DNA of 64,000 nt from an uncultured Candidatus Saccharibacteria bacterium (GTDB lineage: Bacteria; Patescibacteriota; Minisyncoccia; Phycocordibacterales; PALSA-1337), in the NCBI GenBank assembly GCA_964412585.1, contig CAYPPJ010000002.1, positions 77,720 to 141,719 of the forward strand. Direction: 5' to 3'. A program made the position numbers and the translations under genes. The notes beneath the pieces were generated by a model. It was given only the letters and a program-made list of their open reading frames with translations, was not told the DNA's origin and ran no database searches. Every line of letters begins with the position of its first letter. The stretch's first letter is position 1. Shown in pieces: positions 49,686 to 60,565 of the stretch.

Positions 49686-51830
49686 ATGAACCGCGACTAC
49701 CCGCTCGATAAAGTACGTAACTTCGGTATCATCGCCCACATCGATGCCGGAAAAACCACCACATCGGAACGTATCCTTTACTACACTGGCATGATCCACA
49801 AGATCGGCGAGGTGCACGAAGGGGAGACAACCACTGACTGGATGGAACAGGAGCGCGAGCGCGGTATCACCATTACGGCTGCTGCCATTACTTGTTTCTG
49901 GAACCCAACCTATATGCCAAAGACGGACACTTCAAAAAAGGTCCGCTTCAACATCATCGATACCCCAGGACACATCGACTTCACCGTAGAAGTGAAGCGC
50001 TCTCTCCGCGTGCTCGACGGTGCAGTCGTGGTCTTCGACGGTGTGGCTGGCGTGGAACCTCAGTCAGAGACAAACTGGCGCTATGCCGATGAAGGCAAGG
50101 TCCCTCGTCTCTGTTTCATCAACAAGATGGACCGTATGGGCGCCTCATTTGAACGCTCATACAAATCTATTCTCGAGCGTCTCAACAAGAACGCTGTTCG
50201 TTTCCAGATCCCTATTGGTACCGAGGGTGACCACGTCGGCGTCGTTGACCTCATGAAGATGAAGGCTTATACCTTCTCGGGCGAAAAGGGTATCGATATC
50301 AATGAAGCAGAGATTCCTGCTGACATGCTCGAAGACGCGAAGAAATTCCGTGCAGAGATGGTTGAAAAGATTGTTGAGACCGATGATGCGGCCATGACCA
50401 AGTTCCTCGAGGGAACACAGTTTAGTATCGACGAACTCAAGGCTCTTACTCGAAAGGCGGTCATTCATAACAAGATTTTCCCTGTGTTTACCGGTTCCGC
50501 ACTCAAGAACGTCGGTGTCCAACTTGTCTTGGATGCGGTTGTCGATTATCTCCCATCTCCACTCGATATTCCAGCGGTCAAGGGTATCAACCCAAACACT
50601 GGTGAAGAAGTAGTGCGCCATGCTTCAGATGAGGAGCCGTTTACTGCGCTTGCATTCAAGTTGCAAAACGACCCATTCGTCGGAGCCCTGACATTCTTCC
50701 GTGTATATTCAGGAACGATTGAGGCGGGTACTTATATTTACAATGCGACAACTGGCAAAAAAGAACGTCTCGGTCGTATCGTCCGTCTCCAAGCAGACAA
50801 GCGTGAAGAGGTTAAGAAGGTGTATGCAGGAGAAATTGCTGCGGCTGTCGGTCTCAAGGATGCACTCACTTCTCATACGTTCTGTGACGAAAACAATCCT
50901 ATTGTTCTCGAGCAAATCAAGTTTATGGAGCCAGTGGTCTCTCTCCGTATCGAGCCAAAGACAAAAGCTGATCAGGAAAAGATGGGTATGGCACTTCGCA
51001 AACTTGGTAACGAAGACCCAACGTTCCGCGTTTCCTCAAACCAAGAGACTGGCGAGACTATTATCTCAGGTATGGGAGAACTCCACCTCGAAATCATGGT
51101 TGATCGTATGAAGCGCGAGTTTAGCGTTGAAGCTAATGTCGGTGAACCGCAGGTAGCGTATCGTGAGACCATTCTCAATACTGCAGAAGCAGAACACAAG
51201 TACATCAAGCAGACTGGTGGTAAGGGTCAATACGGTCACGTTCGCATCACTCTCAAGCCGATGGAAAAGTTGGTTGAAGGTGAAAAGGTGCCAAAGAACG
51301 TCAAGCGCTACGATGATTTTGAATTTATCAACTCGATCAAGGGTGGTGTGATTCCAAATGAATTTATTCCAGCAGTTGAAAAGGGTGTTCATGAAGCTAT
51401 GGACCGCGGTATTGTCGCTGGGTTCAAGATGGTGAATGTCTCATGTGAACTCACGTTCGGTTCCTATCACGATGTTGACTCGTCTGAAATTGCCTACAAG
51501 ATTGCCGCATCACAAGCGTTCCAAGAAGCTGCAAAGCGTGCAAAGCCAGTTATTCTCGAGCCTATCATGCGCCTCGAAGTTGTTGCCCCAGAAAAATACA
51601 TGGGTGACATCAATGGTTCTATCGCCTCAAAGCGCGGTATGATCGAGGGTCAGGAGCCAAAGGGTCAGAATATTGCTATCCATGCCAAGGTTCCATTGTC
51701 AGAAATGTTCGGCTACACCACCTCACTTCGTTCGATGACTTCTGGTCAGGGAAGTGCAATGATGGAGTTTGATCACTATGAGGTCGTGCCGGGCAACGTA
51801 GAAAAGGAGATTGTTGAGAAGAGGAAGTAG
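49686..51830 (+). CDS. fusA: Elongation factor G
   Basis: AHIDAGKTT, ERGITI, DTPGH, NKMD, GMGELHLE. Confidence 0.98.
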   Translation: MNRDYPLDKVRNFGIIAHIDAGKTTTSERILYYTGMIHKIGEVHEGETTTDWMEQERERGITITAAAITCFWNPTYMPKTDTSKKVRFNIIDTPGHIDFTVEVKRSLRVLDGAVVVFDGVAGVEPQSETNWRYADEGKVPRLCFINKMDRMGASFERSYKSILERLNKNAVRFQIPIGTEGDHVGVVDLMKMKAYTFSGEKGIDINEAEIPADMLEDAKKFRAEMVEKIVETDDAAMTKFLEGTQFSIDELKALTRKAVIHNKIFPVFTGSALKNVGVQLVLDAVVDYLPSPLDIPAVKGINPNTGEEVVRHASDEEPFTALAFKLQNDPFVGALTFFRVYSGTIEAGTYIYNATTGKKERLGRIVRLQADKREEVKKVYAGEIAAAVGLKDALTSHTFCDENNPIVLEQIKFMEPVVSLRIEPKTKADQEKMGMALRKLGNEDPTFRVSSNQETGETIISGMGELHLEIMVDRMKREFSVEANVGEPQVAYRETILNTAEAEHKYIKQTGGKGQYGHVRITLKPMEKLVEGEKVPKNVKRYDDFEFINSIKGGVIPNEFIPAVEKGVHEAMDRGIVAGFKMVNVSCELTFGSYHDVDSSEIAYKIAASQAFQEAAKRAKPVILEPIMRLEVVAPEKYMGDINGSIASKRGMIEGQEPKGQNIAIHAKVPLSEMFGYTTSLRSMTSGQGSAMMEFDHYEVVPGNVEKEIVEKRK

Positions 51831-51868
51831 TCGCTCGTAATGAGTGATTAGAGATTAGAAAAGCTTAC

Positions 51869-51905
51869 AAAAAACCGCCCAGATTGGATGAAGGGCGGTT
51901 TTTTT
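51869..51905 (+). terminator. Intrinsic terminator after fusA
   Basis: aaaaaccgccc-agattggatgaa-gggcggtttttt. Confidence 0.8.
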
Positions 51906-51996
51906 GTTGTACACAAGAGGAAAATTATTATGTAAATAGATGCGGTATACTGGGGGCATTAGATTATTCTTGGAATTTATTAAACTAATTATTTTT

Positions 51997-54876
51997 ATGA
52001 AGAAAATCACCAGAATTGCATTAGTGGGTTTTATGGCACTCTCGTCTATTTTTCTGTTCAATAATCAGGTTCGGGCCGAGTTAACACCTTGTTTGGATAA
52101 CTATGTCTATCCTGGACCAGGGCTCGTTCACTTGAGTCCTTGTACCGTGAATATTGATATGGTTGATGGTGCGGGCAATGTACCCATTAACGTCATGCTT
52201 GTGGATCAAAATAGTGGATATGGTGGATATACAGGATATGAGATTGAGCAACCCACAGGGTTTCCGGAATATGGTCTGAGCAAAAATGTAAGTTCGGGTG
52301 TTATTGTAGGTCAGACATCCATTGGTTTCACTGCTATTGATTCGGTGCTTGCTGCTAGTGGTACGCAGCCACGTATATATAATGGCAAAGTTGATATACA
52401 TCTTTTTCGGGGCACTTCATTACCAGACGGGAACAATGTTACTTTGTATATAAATATTAAAGTTTATCCCGCTGGTAGCACGATCCCACCAAAAACTAAT
52501 GTTAACCCAACTCTTTCGGCGATATCTGTAGTAAGTACAAGTGAAGACTATGTGAGTGGGGACGGTTTTAGTCCTGATGGGTGGGCTGATTGGAAGTTGA
52601 ATTTCAATCTTGCGGCAAATTCGGAAAAATCTATAAGACGTATTACTATCGCAAATAATTGGGGGCACGGTAATTATGGTTCTATTGATGCGTGGTCGAC
52701 TGGACTAGCTGCGGCTTACCCCTTGGATGGTATGCCTGTGTACCCATTACTTGTTACTTCTGGAGGTTACACCTTGTCATTAAGAGGAGATATTATACCA
52801 ATATCAAATATCCAAAACCAAACATACACCTTATACGCTCCAGTAGGACCTAGTGGTCCTGCGTGGACGGGGGGTAATCTTTTTGTTGAATTCACTGATG
52901 GCACTAGAATTACTGCTGATTTGCCGGCTTCAAATGCGAAACCGATTAATAAGCCATCAATAAAAACAATAACACCTACTTTGGCCTTGGTGGGTACGCA
53001 GGTAACTCTCACGGGAGTTTTTCCAGATGTGAATTCGATTCGGTTGACCCCCTCACCGAGCGGGAATGGATATCAAGCGATATCTCCAGTTTTTTCGCCC
53101 GACAGTACGCATCTAGATTTTAGTATTCCAAATGAATATTCTTCGTTTAATGGAAATGTTGCAGTTACAGTTACTGACTCAAAAGGACAAATTTCTAATT
53201 CACAGAGTTTGAATATAGTTATGTCGACGAGTACAAACCAAATCGTCTCCCGTCTCGACCCCTCAAGTCCTCCTGCTCGTACCGCCATCATTTCACCCAC
53301 GACTGTTACAGATAACGTAGTTCTTGGTGTATTTGATTTCAAGTCACAGAACAAGGATGCTACACTGCGCTCTATTAAATTCAAAGTATGGACGAGTACG
53401 TCAACGGTACAGACAACTTTCAACACGATCAAGATCAAGGTTGGATCGACGACATACTATCCGAGCAGCATAGCTCAGAGTGGTGCATACGCTGTCGTCA
53501 CATATACAAATCTTGCTGTACCAATGCCCGCTTCACAGTTCGTGCCTATAATTGTGTATGGCACAGTTGCTCCTGATCGCACGGGTGTTATGAATGGCGC
53601 GCGAGTGGCAGTAAACATTCTCGCAAGTAACTCGACAGTATATGCTGACGATGCCACATTTACACAGGTTCCCGTTGCTCAAACAGAACTTACCTCAAGC
53701 GATCTGACCTTCGCCACTGCAGCAACAAAGAGTATTACCCTCAACAAACTCGTTCTTTCTTCGAGCTATCATGTTGGCGATATTATTCCAATCAAATGGA
53801 GCTCAACCAATGTCAACAATGTCGTCATCAACTTGATGAACTACAAAGGCTTGTCAGTTGTGCGCTTCATTGCCTCATCGACTGCGTCAGTAGGGCAGTA
53901 CAATTGGACTGTTCCTTCAAATATTGATTTTAACTACGATACGATCTATACGATTGCGGTATCTGATGCGGCTACGCCAAGCATTATTTCGAAGTCAGGA
54001 AAAATAGAATTGCTCCCAGCCACCCCGAACGCTTCACCTGTGGCCATAAGCAACCAAGTTACGTCATTTGTGCCGTTGGTGACACCAAATGGCACGACGG
54101 GGGGAAATGCAACCTTTGCCTTCACATTGACTGCTGGCAGCAATCCAATATACATCAGTAGGACGGCCTCAGGGGTCATGACGTTGGTTCCAGTAGGCAT
54201 GACAGTCTCAATCAATTCAGTCACTGCCGAACCTGCGGGTGTGAGTGGTGATAGCAATTCTTCCTTTGTTATACCTGCAGGAACATCACGACGATTTACC
54301 TATAACGCATTCCTTGATAATTCCAATGGCACAACAGGTCAGAAACTTGTTTCGATACAATCGATTATCTATGGCATGACAGCGGCAAATCCGAACGGCT
54401 ATCAGATTTCCTCAGGATTGGATAATCTCAAGTTGTCAGTGAACTTGAATAGTAATGGGACACCGCCACCAGTCACTGCATTATCGGCACGTCTTACGGT
54501 AGAGGGTCAGCATACTTACACATACACTGTCGGTCAGACCAATCACATTGCTTGGTTAGGCTCGGGTCCAAGTGGCACGGTATACTCGTCATATTCAAAA
54601 GCTAATGATGTGGGGAAGTGTGGCGAGGGAGCGTGGGTTGCAAACAATGCACAAGGAACATCCAATACCTATCTCACGGGACAATGGGCAGGATGTACGT
54701 GGACTGTTACCTACGTCGCAACAAATCCTGCAACAGGCCAATCTGTTCAGGATAGTGTGACAGTGAGCGTTGTGAGCCAGTCAACTCCACCTCCAACGAG
54801 TACGACGACGTCATATTATCCATCAAATTATGGGGCAGCGATAATAAACGCATTGACTCGTTTGTTGGGATTGTAG
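51997..54876 (+). CDS. Large secreted multi-Ig/beta-sandwich surface protein
   Basis: Signal peptide (VRA-E), Ser/Thr-rich, IPT/TIG-like (PSIKTITP) and Kre9/GPI-like (IPIKWSS...YNWTVP) segments. Confidence 0.8.
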   Translation: MKKITRIALVGFMALSSIFLFNNQVRAELTPCLDNYVYPGPGLVHLSPCTVNIDMVDGAGNVPINVMLVDQNSGYGGYTGYEIEQPTGFPEYGLSKNVSSGVIVGQTSIGFTAIDSVLAASGTQPRIYNGKVDIHLFRGTSLPDGNNVTLYINIKVYPAGSTIPPKTNVNPTLSAISVVSTSEDYVSGDGFSPDGWADWKLNFNLAANSEKSIRRITIANNWGHGNYGSIDAWSTGLAAAYPLDGMPVYPLLVTSGGYTLSLRGDIIPISNIQNQTYTLYAPVGPSGPAWTGGNLFVEFTDGTRITADLPASNAKPINKPSIKTITPTLALVGTQVTLTGVFPDVNSIRLTPSPSGNGYQAISPVFSPDSTHLDFSIPNEYSSFNGNVAVTVTDSKGQISNSQSLNIVMSTSTNQIVSRLDPSSPPARTAIISPTTVTDNVVLGVFDFKSQNKDATLRSIKFKVWTSTSTVQTTFNTIKIKVGSTTYYPSSIAQSGAYAVVTYTNLAVPMPASQFVPIIVYGTVAPDRTGVMNGARVAVNILASNSTVYADDATFTQVPVAQTELTSSDLTFATAATKSITLNKLVLSSSYHVGDIIPIKWSSTNVNNVVINLMNYKGLSVVRFIASSTASVGQYNWTVPSNIDFNYDTIYTIAVSDAATPSIISKSGKIELLPATPNASPVAISNQVTSFVPLVTPNGTTGGNATFAFTLTAGSNPIYISRTASGVMTLVPVGMTVSINSVTAEPAGVSGDSNSSFVIPAGTSRRFTYNAFLDNSNGTTGQKLVSIQSIIYGMTAANPNGYQISSGLDNLKLSVNLNSNGTPPPVTALSARLTVEGQHTYTYTVGQTNHIAWLGSGPSGTVYSSYSKANDVGKCGEGAWVANNAQGTSNTYLTGQWAGCTWTVTYVATNPATGQSVQDSVTVSVVSQSTPPPTSTTTSYYPSNYGAAIINALTRLLGL

Positions 54877-55245
54877 ATTTGGAGTCGTTAGAAAAAACTG
54901 TCCGTTCTGCGGGCAGTTTTTTATTGTGGACAACTGGCGAGCCATTGTAGCTGCGAGCCGAGCCGTCCCCTCTATGGGGATAACTCCACTTGGCAAAAAA
55001 ATAAAACACGATATACTTATCCCACTACCCAAGACGTGTCTCGAAAGAGCAGGTCTTTTCTTATTATTGGCGTTCGTTCTTAATCAAAACAATATGTCAC
55101 GATCACACACATCAATGTTCGGGGAAGATGTTAAGTATTTACTCGCACTTTCATTATTGGCATGGATAACATTTACCTTGCCATCAGTGCAGGCAGCTCT
55201 TATAGGCTAACCATCTCTCTGGATTATTAAGTTATTTATTATCAC

Positions 55246-56355
55246 ATGAAAAAATTAATTGTACCGATATCTCTTGTGGTGATGGCCCTCGCGGTCGCAG
55301 CGATGCTCCCAGCATTGGTCTCGGCTGAGACGTCATCAACCCGAGATTCGTGCTACACGTTCTCCAAAAATTTTGGTGTAGGCAGTGAAGGCGAACATGT
55401 CACTCGTCTTACGCAGGCTCTCATCAAAGACGGGGTTCTGTCGAATGTTGAAAAGATTTTCGATGAGGATCTAGCTGGGGCTATAGTCAAATTCCAAAAC
55501 AAATACGGTATTCCAACCACCGGATATGTTGGGCCACTGACTCGCGCCAAGCTCAATTCGCTCTATGGGTGTGGAACTCAAGGAAACTCCACAAGCGTAC
55601 GATATGAATGTCCGCCAGGCTATATTTGCACACCTTCTGGTCAAACTACCAATGCGGTAGTGTGTCCGGCAGGCTATACGTGCTCGCCCAATTCATCGAT
55701 TCCTGAACAGCCCTATGTGTCAGGTATGATCAAGTGTGTGTTCAATGGCTCGATGAAGAATGAGAAGTGTTATTCTACAGACGGTAGGTTCTATTTCAAC
55801 GGTACCGGGTCAACTGGTGGCGTCATCTATGGAAGACTTGGTTCTTCCATGACATGGAAAAGCACCTGCGGTGGCTCTGTTAACACGACTAATGATGGGG
55901 GGAATGCGTATGCAAATTTCACCTGTTCGTCACCACAAGGGACATCAGAACCTACGTCAATATGTCCGACAGGGTATATCTGTACTACCCAAACGGCCCC
56001 TATTCAATCACCAGAAACTCCATTTATTGCGATTACCTCTCCAGTTGGCGGACAAGCCTATGAAGTGGGGAATCGCATGGCGGTTCAATGGCGCAGTAGC
56101 GGTATTCCATCATCACAAAACCTTGATGTTATTCGTCTGCGTAGTGTAGCAACTGGGCAAGAATACTATCTGGCTTCAGGGGTCCCAAACAACGGCGATG
56201 TGCTGCTCTTGGTTCCATCATTGGATGCTGGGCAATACACACTGGAAATAAAATCATCCATACCTGGCTTTTCAGGTGCGGTGATGGCGCAAAGTGCCGT
56301 ATTCGATATCAGCGCAGCAGTCCTACCTGGAAGCCGTGACGCAGTGCGTCAATAA
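55246..56355 (+). CDS. Secreted peptidoglycan-binding-domain protein with Cys-rich repeats
   Basis: AIVKFQNKYGIPTTGYVGPLTRAKLN; CPPGYIC, CPAGYTC, CPTGYIC. Confidence 0.85.
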   Translation: MKKLIVPISLVVMALAVAAMLPALVSAETSSTRDSCYTFSKNFGVGSEGEHVTRLTQALIKDGVLSNVEKIFDEDLAGAIVKFQNKYGIPTTGYVGPLTRAKLNSLYGCGTQGNSTSVRYECPPGYICTPSGQTTNAVVCPAGYTCSPNSSIPEQPYVSGMIKCVFNGSMKNEKCYSTDGRFYFNGTGSTGGVIYGRLGSSMTWKSTCGGSVNTTNDGGNAYANFTCSSPQGTSEPTSICPTGYICTTQTAPIQSPETPFIAITSPVGGQAYEVGNRMAVQWRSSGIPSSQNLDVIRLRSVATGQEYYLASGVPNNGDVLLLVPSLDAGQYTLEIKSSIPGFSGAVMAQSAVFDISAAVLPGSRDAVRQ

Positions 56356-56460
56356 CCATATTTACAAACACGGTGCCCAGGTCGACATCGTGCCAAACTT
56401 AACTGAAATCCCCGCACCTTACCGGTTGCGGGGGTTTTTCGTACACGCTACACTGTTCTC

Positions 56461-57057
56461 ATGAATACTCCACAAGCGTTTATATTTATTGGCAGATCAG
56501 GGTGCGGAAAAGGCACGCAGGTTCAGCTCCTCATTGATGTGCTCAAGAGCAAGATGCCTGCGATTGATGCATTGTATATACAGACTGGCCAGCAATTCCG
56601 TGATTTTATTTTAAAAAAGGGGGCAACAGCCCAAAAAGCAAAGGAGATTTATGATGTTGGCGGTCTTGAACCAGAATTCCTTTCTACCTACATGTGGGTC
56701 AAAGAACTTGAGGAAAAATATGTCGGCAATCAGCATGTGATATTTGATGGTACGCCACGAAAGATGCACGAGGCCGGGGTGCTCCATTCGTGTTTTGGTT
56801 TTTACGGCCTCACCAAGCCATGGGTAGTTAATATTGATATTAGCGAAGAAGAATCCGCACGCCGTCTTATGGCCCGAAAGCGTATGGATGACACAGAAGA
56901 AGATGTAAAAAAGCGCCTTGCTTGGTACGAGACAGATGTGGTGCCAACATTGGGTTATTACGACGGCAATCCGGCTTATAATTTCATTAAAATATTTGGA
57001 AATCGCAGCATTGAAGATGTTCACGCTGACATTGTGAAAAAGCTAGGCTTGGTGTAG
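56461..57057 (+). CDS. adk: Adenylate kinase family nucleoside monophosphate kinase
   Basis: GRSGCGKGTQ, FDGTPR, RMDDTEE..KKRL. Confidence 0.85.
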   Translation: MNTPQAFIFIGRSGCGKGTQVQLLIDVLKSKMPAIDALYIQTGQQFRDFILKKGATAQKAKEIYDVGGLEPEFLSTYMWVKELEEKYVGNQHVIFDGTPRKMHEAGVLHSCFGFYGLTKPWVVNIDISEEESARRLMARKRMDDTEEDVKKRLAWYETDVVPTLGYYDGNPAYNFIKIFGNRSIEDVHADIVKKLGLV

Positions 57058-57066
57058 TTTTAGGCC

Positions 57067-57834
57067 ATGGTCAATATAAAGACAAAGCAGGACATCGCTA
57101 TACTCCGCGAAGGAGGTAAACGTCATGCCTATATTCTCAAGGAACTGGTCAAGATGGCCAAGCCTGGTGTGCACGTGATTGATCTAGATACACGCGCGGC
57201 TGAGCTTATCCGTGAAGGTGGGGACATGCCTGCATTTTTGAACTACCAACCCTATGGCGCCTCTCGCCCATATCCCGCGACGCTCTGTGTTTCTATAAAT
57301 GATGAGATTGTTCACGGTATTCCAACGGAGGGGGACAAGGTCCTCAAGGAGGGAGACATTGTGAGTATTGATCTTGGACTCGTCCATAAAGAACTCATCA
57401 CTGATGCCGCTGTAACCGTTGCGGTAGGTTCTATTTCTCCAGAGCTGAGCGGATTACTCACAAAGACACAGGAAGCTCTCATGGCCGGTATAAAGGCCGC
57501 AAAGGGGGGTGCTCGCGTGGGGGACATTAGTAATGCAATTCAGCGCATTGGAGTGGCCGAAAAGTACGGCATTGTAGAGGAGCTGGCTGGCCACGGTGTT
57601 GGATATCATGTTCACGAAGATCCATATGTCCCAAATTTCGGACGTGCGGGCAAAGGAGAGCTCCTCAAGCCTGGCATGGTCATCGCGATTGAGCCGATGT
57701 TCAATCTTGGTACCAAAAAAATAAAGTTGGACGCCGATGGATATACCTATCGAACTGCAGACGGCAAGCCGAGCGCTCATTTTGAGCACACAGTAGTTAT
57801 CACCAAGAGCGGCGCAGAGATTTTGACCGCGTGA
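57067..57834 (+). CDS. map: Methionine aminopeptidase type I
   Basis: CVSINDEIVHGIP, GHGVG, AIEPM, SAHFEHTV. Confidence 0.96.
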   Translation: MVNIKTKQDIAILREGGKRHAYILKELVKMAKPGVHVIDLDTRAAELIREGGDMPAFLNYQPYGASRPYPATLCVSINDEIVHGIPTEGDKVLKEGDIVSIDLGLVHKELITDAAVTVAVGSISPELSGLLTKTQEALMAGIKAAKGGARVGDISNAIQRIGVAEKYGIVEELAGHGVGYHVHEDPYVPNFGRAGKGELLKPGMVIAIEPMFNLGTKKIKLDADGYTYRTADGKPSAHFEHTVVITKSGAEILTA

Positions 57835-57847
57835 TACACTGTATCCC

Positions 57848-58465
57848 ATGAAAAACTCTACTACAGGTCACCCTAAGCTCGAACGTACGTTAGTTATTAT
57901 CAAGCCAGATGGCATACAGCGCGGACTCATTGCTGAGATTATAAAACGATATGAACAGATTGGCCTCAAGTTGGTGGCAATTAAGATGATGGTCCCTACC
58001 GCTGAGCTGATTGAAAAACACTACACACTTGATCCGGAATGGCGCGTGAAGACGGGGCTCAAAACCATTAAAGGATACGAAGATAAGGGTCTTACACCCC
58101 CACTAACTGATCCGTTGAAGATAACCGAAATCATTTTAAGAAATAATGTGGCATACATGACCAAGGGGCCCATTATAGTCATGATATGGCAAGGTGCTCA
58201 TGCAGTTCAGATCGTGCGTAAATTAACTGGTGGTACGGAACCACTCACGTCAGATGTAGGTACTATTCGAGGTGATTTTGTCCTAGATTCATATAGTATG
58301 AGTGATGGGGATGGGCGAGCGGTTCGCAATCTCGTGCATGCCTCTGGATCTATCAAAGACGCCAATGATGAGATAGCTCATTGGTTCAAAAAAGAGGAGA
58401 TTTTTGACTACACACTCCTCAATGAAGCCATGTTGTACGACCTCAGTCTCGATGGAATCCTCTAA
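57848..58465 (+). CDS. ndk: Nucleoside-diphosphate kinase
   Basis: ERTLVIIKPDG, GTIRGDF, NLVHAS. Confidence 0.95.
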   Translation: MKNSTTGHPKLERTLVIIKPDGIQRGLIAEIIKRYEQIGLKLVAIKMMVPTAELIEKHYTLDPEWRVKTGLKTIKGYEDKGLTPPLTDPLKITEIILRNNVAYMTKGPIIVMIWQGAHAVQIVRKLTGGTEPLTSDVGTIRGDFVLDSYSMSDGDGRAVRNLVHASGSIKDANDEIAHWFKKEEIFDYTLLNEAMLYDLSLDGIL

Positions 58466-58557
58466 CTTGTGCACGACACACAGTTGTCGTGTTTGTAAAA
58501 CGAATGTTATAACTCACTATCCACTTTTACCGTACGGCAAACAGGAATACAATGAAT

Positions 58558-58696
58558 GCAGGTTGCGGAGTATTAAACCCTATACCAATTTATACGGGAG
58601 CTCGACGAACTTCGGTTCACATTAGGTTGCACCTTGGTGCTAACCTTGAGAGCACCCACCTAGTTTTTCTAGGTTAATCAATACTTCGTAACCTAC
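58558..58696 (+). ncRNA. ssrS: 6S RNA
   Basis: Terminal stem aggttgcggagtatt/aatacttcgtaacct; internal GGGAGC...GAGAGCACCCACCT motifs as in Firmicute 6S RNAs; TACAAT -10 immediately upstream. Confidence 0.8.
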
Positions 58697-58758
58697 CCAA
58701 AGATCGTCTCCTCGTGAGATGATTTTTGATTTAGAAGAAAAAAAGTTATACTTACCCA

Positions 58759-59124
58759 ATGCTTTCTTACATACTCGCTCTGGTTGTCCTCGCGGTTGTT
58801 CTTGCAGGTCTTTCTCTCGGTCCTGACGCAACGTATATTAGTATGAAATATTTTGACAGCGTCCTCCATCTGCTGGCAGGTGTCGGTCTCGGATTCTTTT
58901 TTGATGCACTGACTCTCTCGATCGGTTCACGTCGCTGGCACACACGCTGGGGCATAGTGCTCATAGTTTTCGGGGGAGGAATTGCTTGGGAAATATTTGA
59001 GGCTTATTTCAATATTACCGGATTCAAGCTTTGGACAACGATGTATTATCTTGATACGGCAAAGGATTTGTTGCTCGACACAGTCGGTGCATGGGTGGCG
59101 GTGCACATAGTTACGCATAAATAA
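58759..59124 (+). CDS. Hypothetical membrane protein
   Basis: FDSVLHLLAG...AWEIFE...DTAKDLLLD.VG, 4 TM helices. Confidence 0.75.
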   Translation: MLSYILALVVLAVVLAGLSLGPDATYISMKYFDSVLHLLAGVGLGFFFDALTLSIGSRRWHTRWGIVLIVFGGGIAWEIFEAYFNITGFKLWTTMYYLDTAKDLLLDTVGAWVAVHIVTHK

Positions 59125-59129
59125 TTCCC

Positions 59130-60521
59130 ATGTCTATTCCACGAGTTACATTTTATAGTGGTGTTGGAACGGTAACTGGTGCCAATTTTATGTTGGACAC
59201 GGGGAAATCTAAGATTCTCATTGATTGCGGCATGGTCCAGGGAGAAAAATTTGCGATGGAAGAAAACGCGCAGCCGTTTGCCTATGATATCTCATCGATT
59301 GATGCGCTTATTATCACCCATGCTCATCTCGATCATGTTGGCCGTATTCCTAAATTGGTAAAAGATGGATACCAGGGTCCAATATATTCAACTCTAGAGA
59401 CACGACAGCTTGCAGAATTGGTGCTCAATGACGCGGTTGGTATATTGGCAATCGAGGCCAAACAAAATGAAGTTGTGCCAATGTATGGCATTGAAGATGT
59501 GGAGGCTGTGTTTCCTTTATGGAAAACAATTCCGTATCATCAAGATGCACAAATCACAGACGATGTGAGTGTATTTTTGAAGGATGCCGGTCATATTCTC
59601 GGCTCTGCAATGATCGAGGCGCGCATTAGGAAGCAGGGAGAAGGAAATGTTGGAAACGGGGAAATCAAAGTTCTATTTACCGGTGATGTTGGTAATTCAC
59701 CCGCGCCACTTCTCCGAGACACGGAATCAGTCGGAGATGTCGACTATATGGTTACCGAGAGTGTGTACGGAGATAGAAATCATGAAGACAGGGCGACTCG
59801 CTCACAGCAATTTGAAAAAATAGTAAATGACACTCTTGCGCGTGGTGGCACATTGGTCATCCCTGCATTTTCAATAGATCGTACCCAGGTTCTTTTGTAT
59901 GAATTGAATAATCTTGTTGAGCAAAAAAAGATCCCGTCCGTTCCAGTGTTTGTCGACTCACCGATGGCGATAAAAGCGACCGAGGTATATCAGGAGAGTA
60001 CCCAATTATTCAATGACCATGTTAGATCACAGATTGCGGGCGGAGATAATATTTTCAATTTCCCACACCTCCAGTTTACTGTGTCCCAAAATGAGTCGCG
60101 AGACATTGAACGTCTCCAAGGGGCAAAGATTATCCTTGCTGGTTCGGGAATGTCCGTTGGGGGTCGCGTGTTGAGCCATGAAGAAGACTTTTTACCTGAT
60201 CCAAAGAATACAGTCTTACTTGTGGGATATCAGACGACTGGTTCGGTTGGTCGCCAACTTGCAGACGGTGCAAAGAAGGTCACTATTCATGGTCGTACGG
60301 TCAAAGTGAAAGCCCATGTTGAGGCTCTGTACGGCTATTCGGCACACAAAGATAGCGATCACATGGTCGAGTTCGTGGCGACAGCAACAAATCGGCTGCA
60401 AAAGGTATTTGTCGTCATGGGAGAACCAAAAGCCTCGATGCATTTGGCGCAGCGGCTCAATGATGAGTTGGTAGTAAAGGCGATGGTGCCGGAGAGGGGA
60501 GTTGGATACGAGTTGGAATAA
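59130..60521 (+). CDS. MBL-fold beta-CASP RNA-processing hydrolase
   Basis: THAHLDHVGR, AGHILGS, ESVYG, GSGM, YSAHKD. Confidence 0.93.
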   Translation: MSIPRVTFYSGVGTVTGANFMLDTGKSKILIDCGMVQGEKFAMEENAQPFAYDISSIDALIITHAHLDHVGRIPKLVKDGYQGPIYSTLETRQLAELVLNDAVGILAIEAKQNEVVPMYGIEDVEAVFPLWKTIPYHQDAQITDDVSVFLKDAGHILGSAMIEARIRKQGEGNVGNGEIKVLFTGDVGNSPAPLLRDTESVGDVDYMVTESVYGDRNHEDRATRSQQFEKIVNDTLARGGTLVIPAFSIDRTQVLLYELNNLVEQKKIPSVPVFVDSPMAIKATEVYQESTQLFNDHVRSQIAGGDNIFNFPHLQFTVSQNESRDIERLQGAKIILAGSGMSVGGRVLSHEEDFLPDPKNTVLLVGYQTTGSVGRQLADGAKKVTIHGRTVKVKAHVEALYGYSAHKDSDHMVEFVATATNRLQKVFVVMGEPKASMHLAQRLNDELVVKAMVPERGVGYELE

Positions 60522-60535
60522 GTTTTCATCATATA

Positions 60536-60565
60536 TTAAAAACCCCGGAAGACCGGGGTTTTTAA
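60536..60565. terminator. Bidirectional intrinsic terminator
   Basis: ttaaaaaccccgg-aaga-ccggggtttttaa. Confidence 0.8.
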
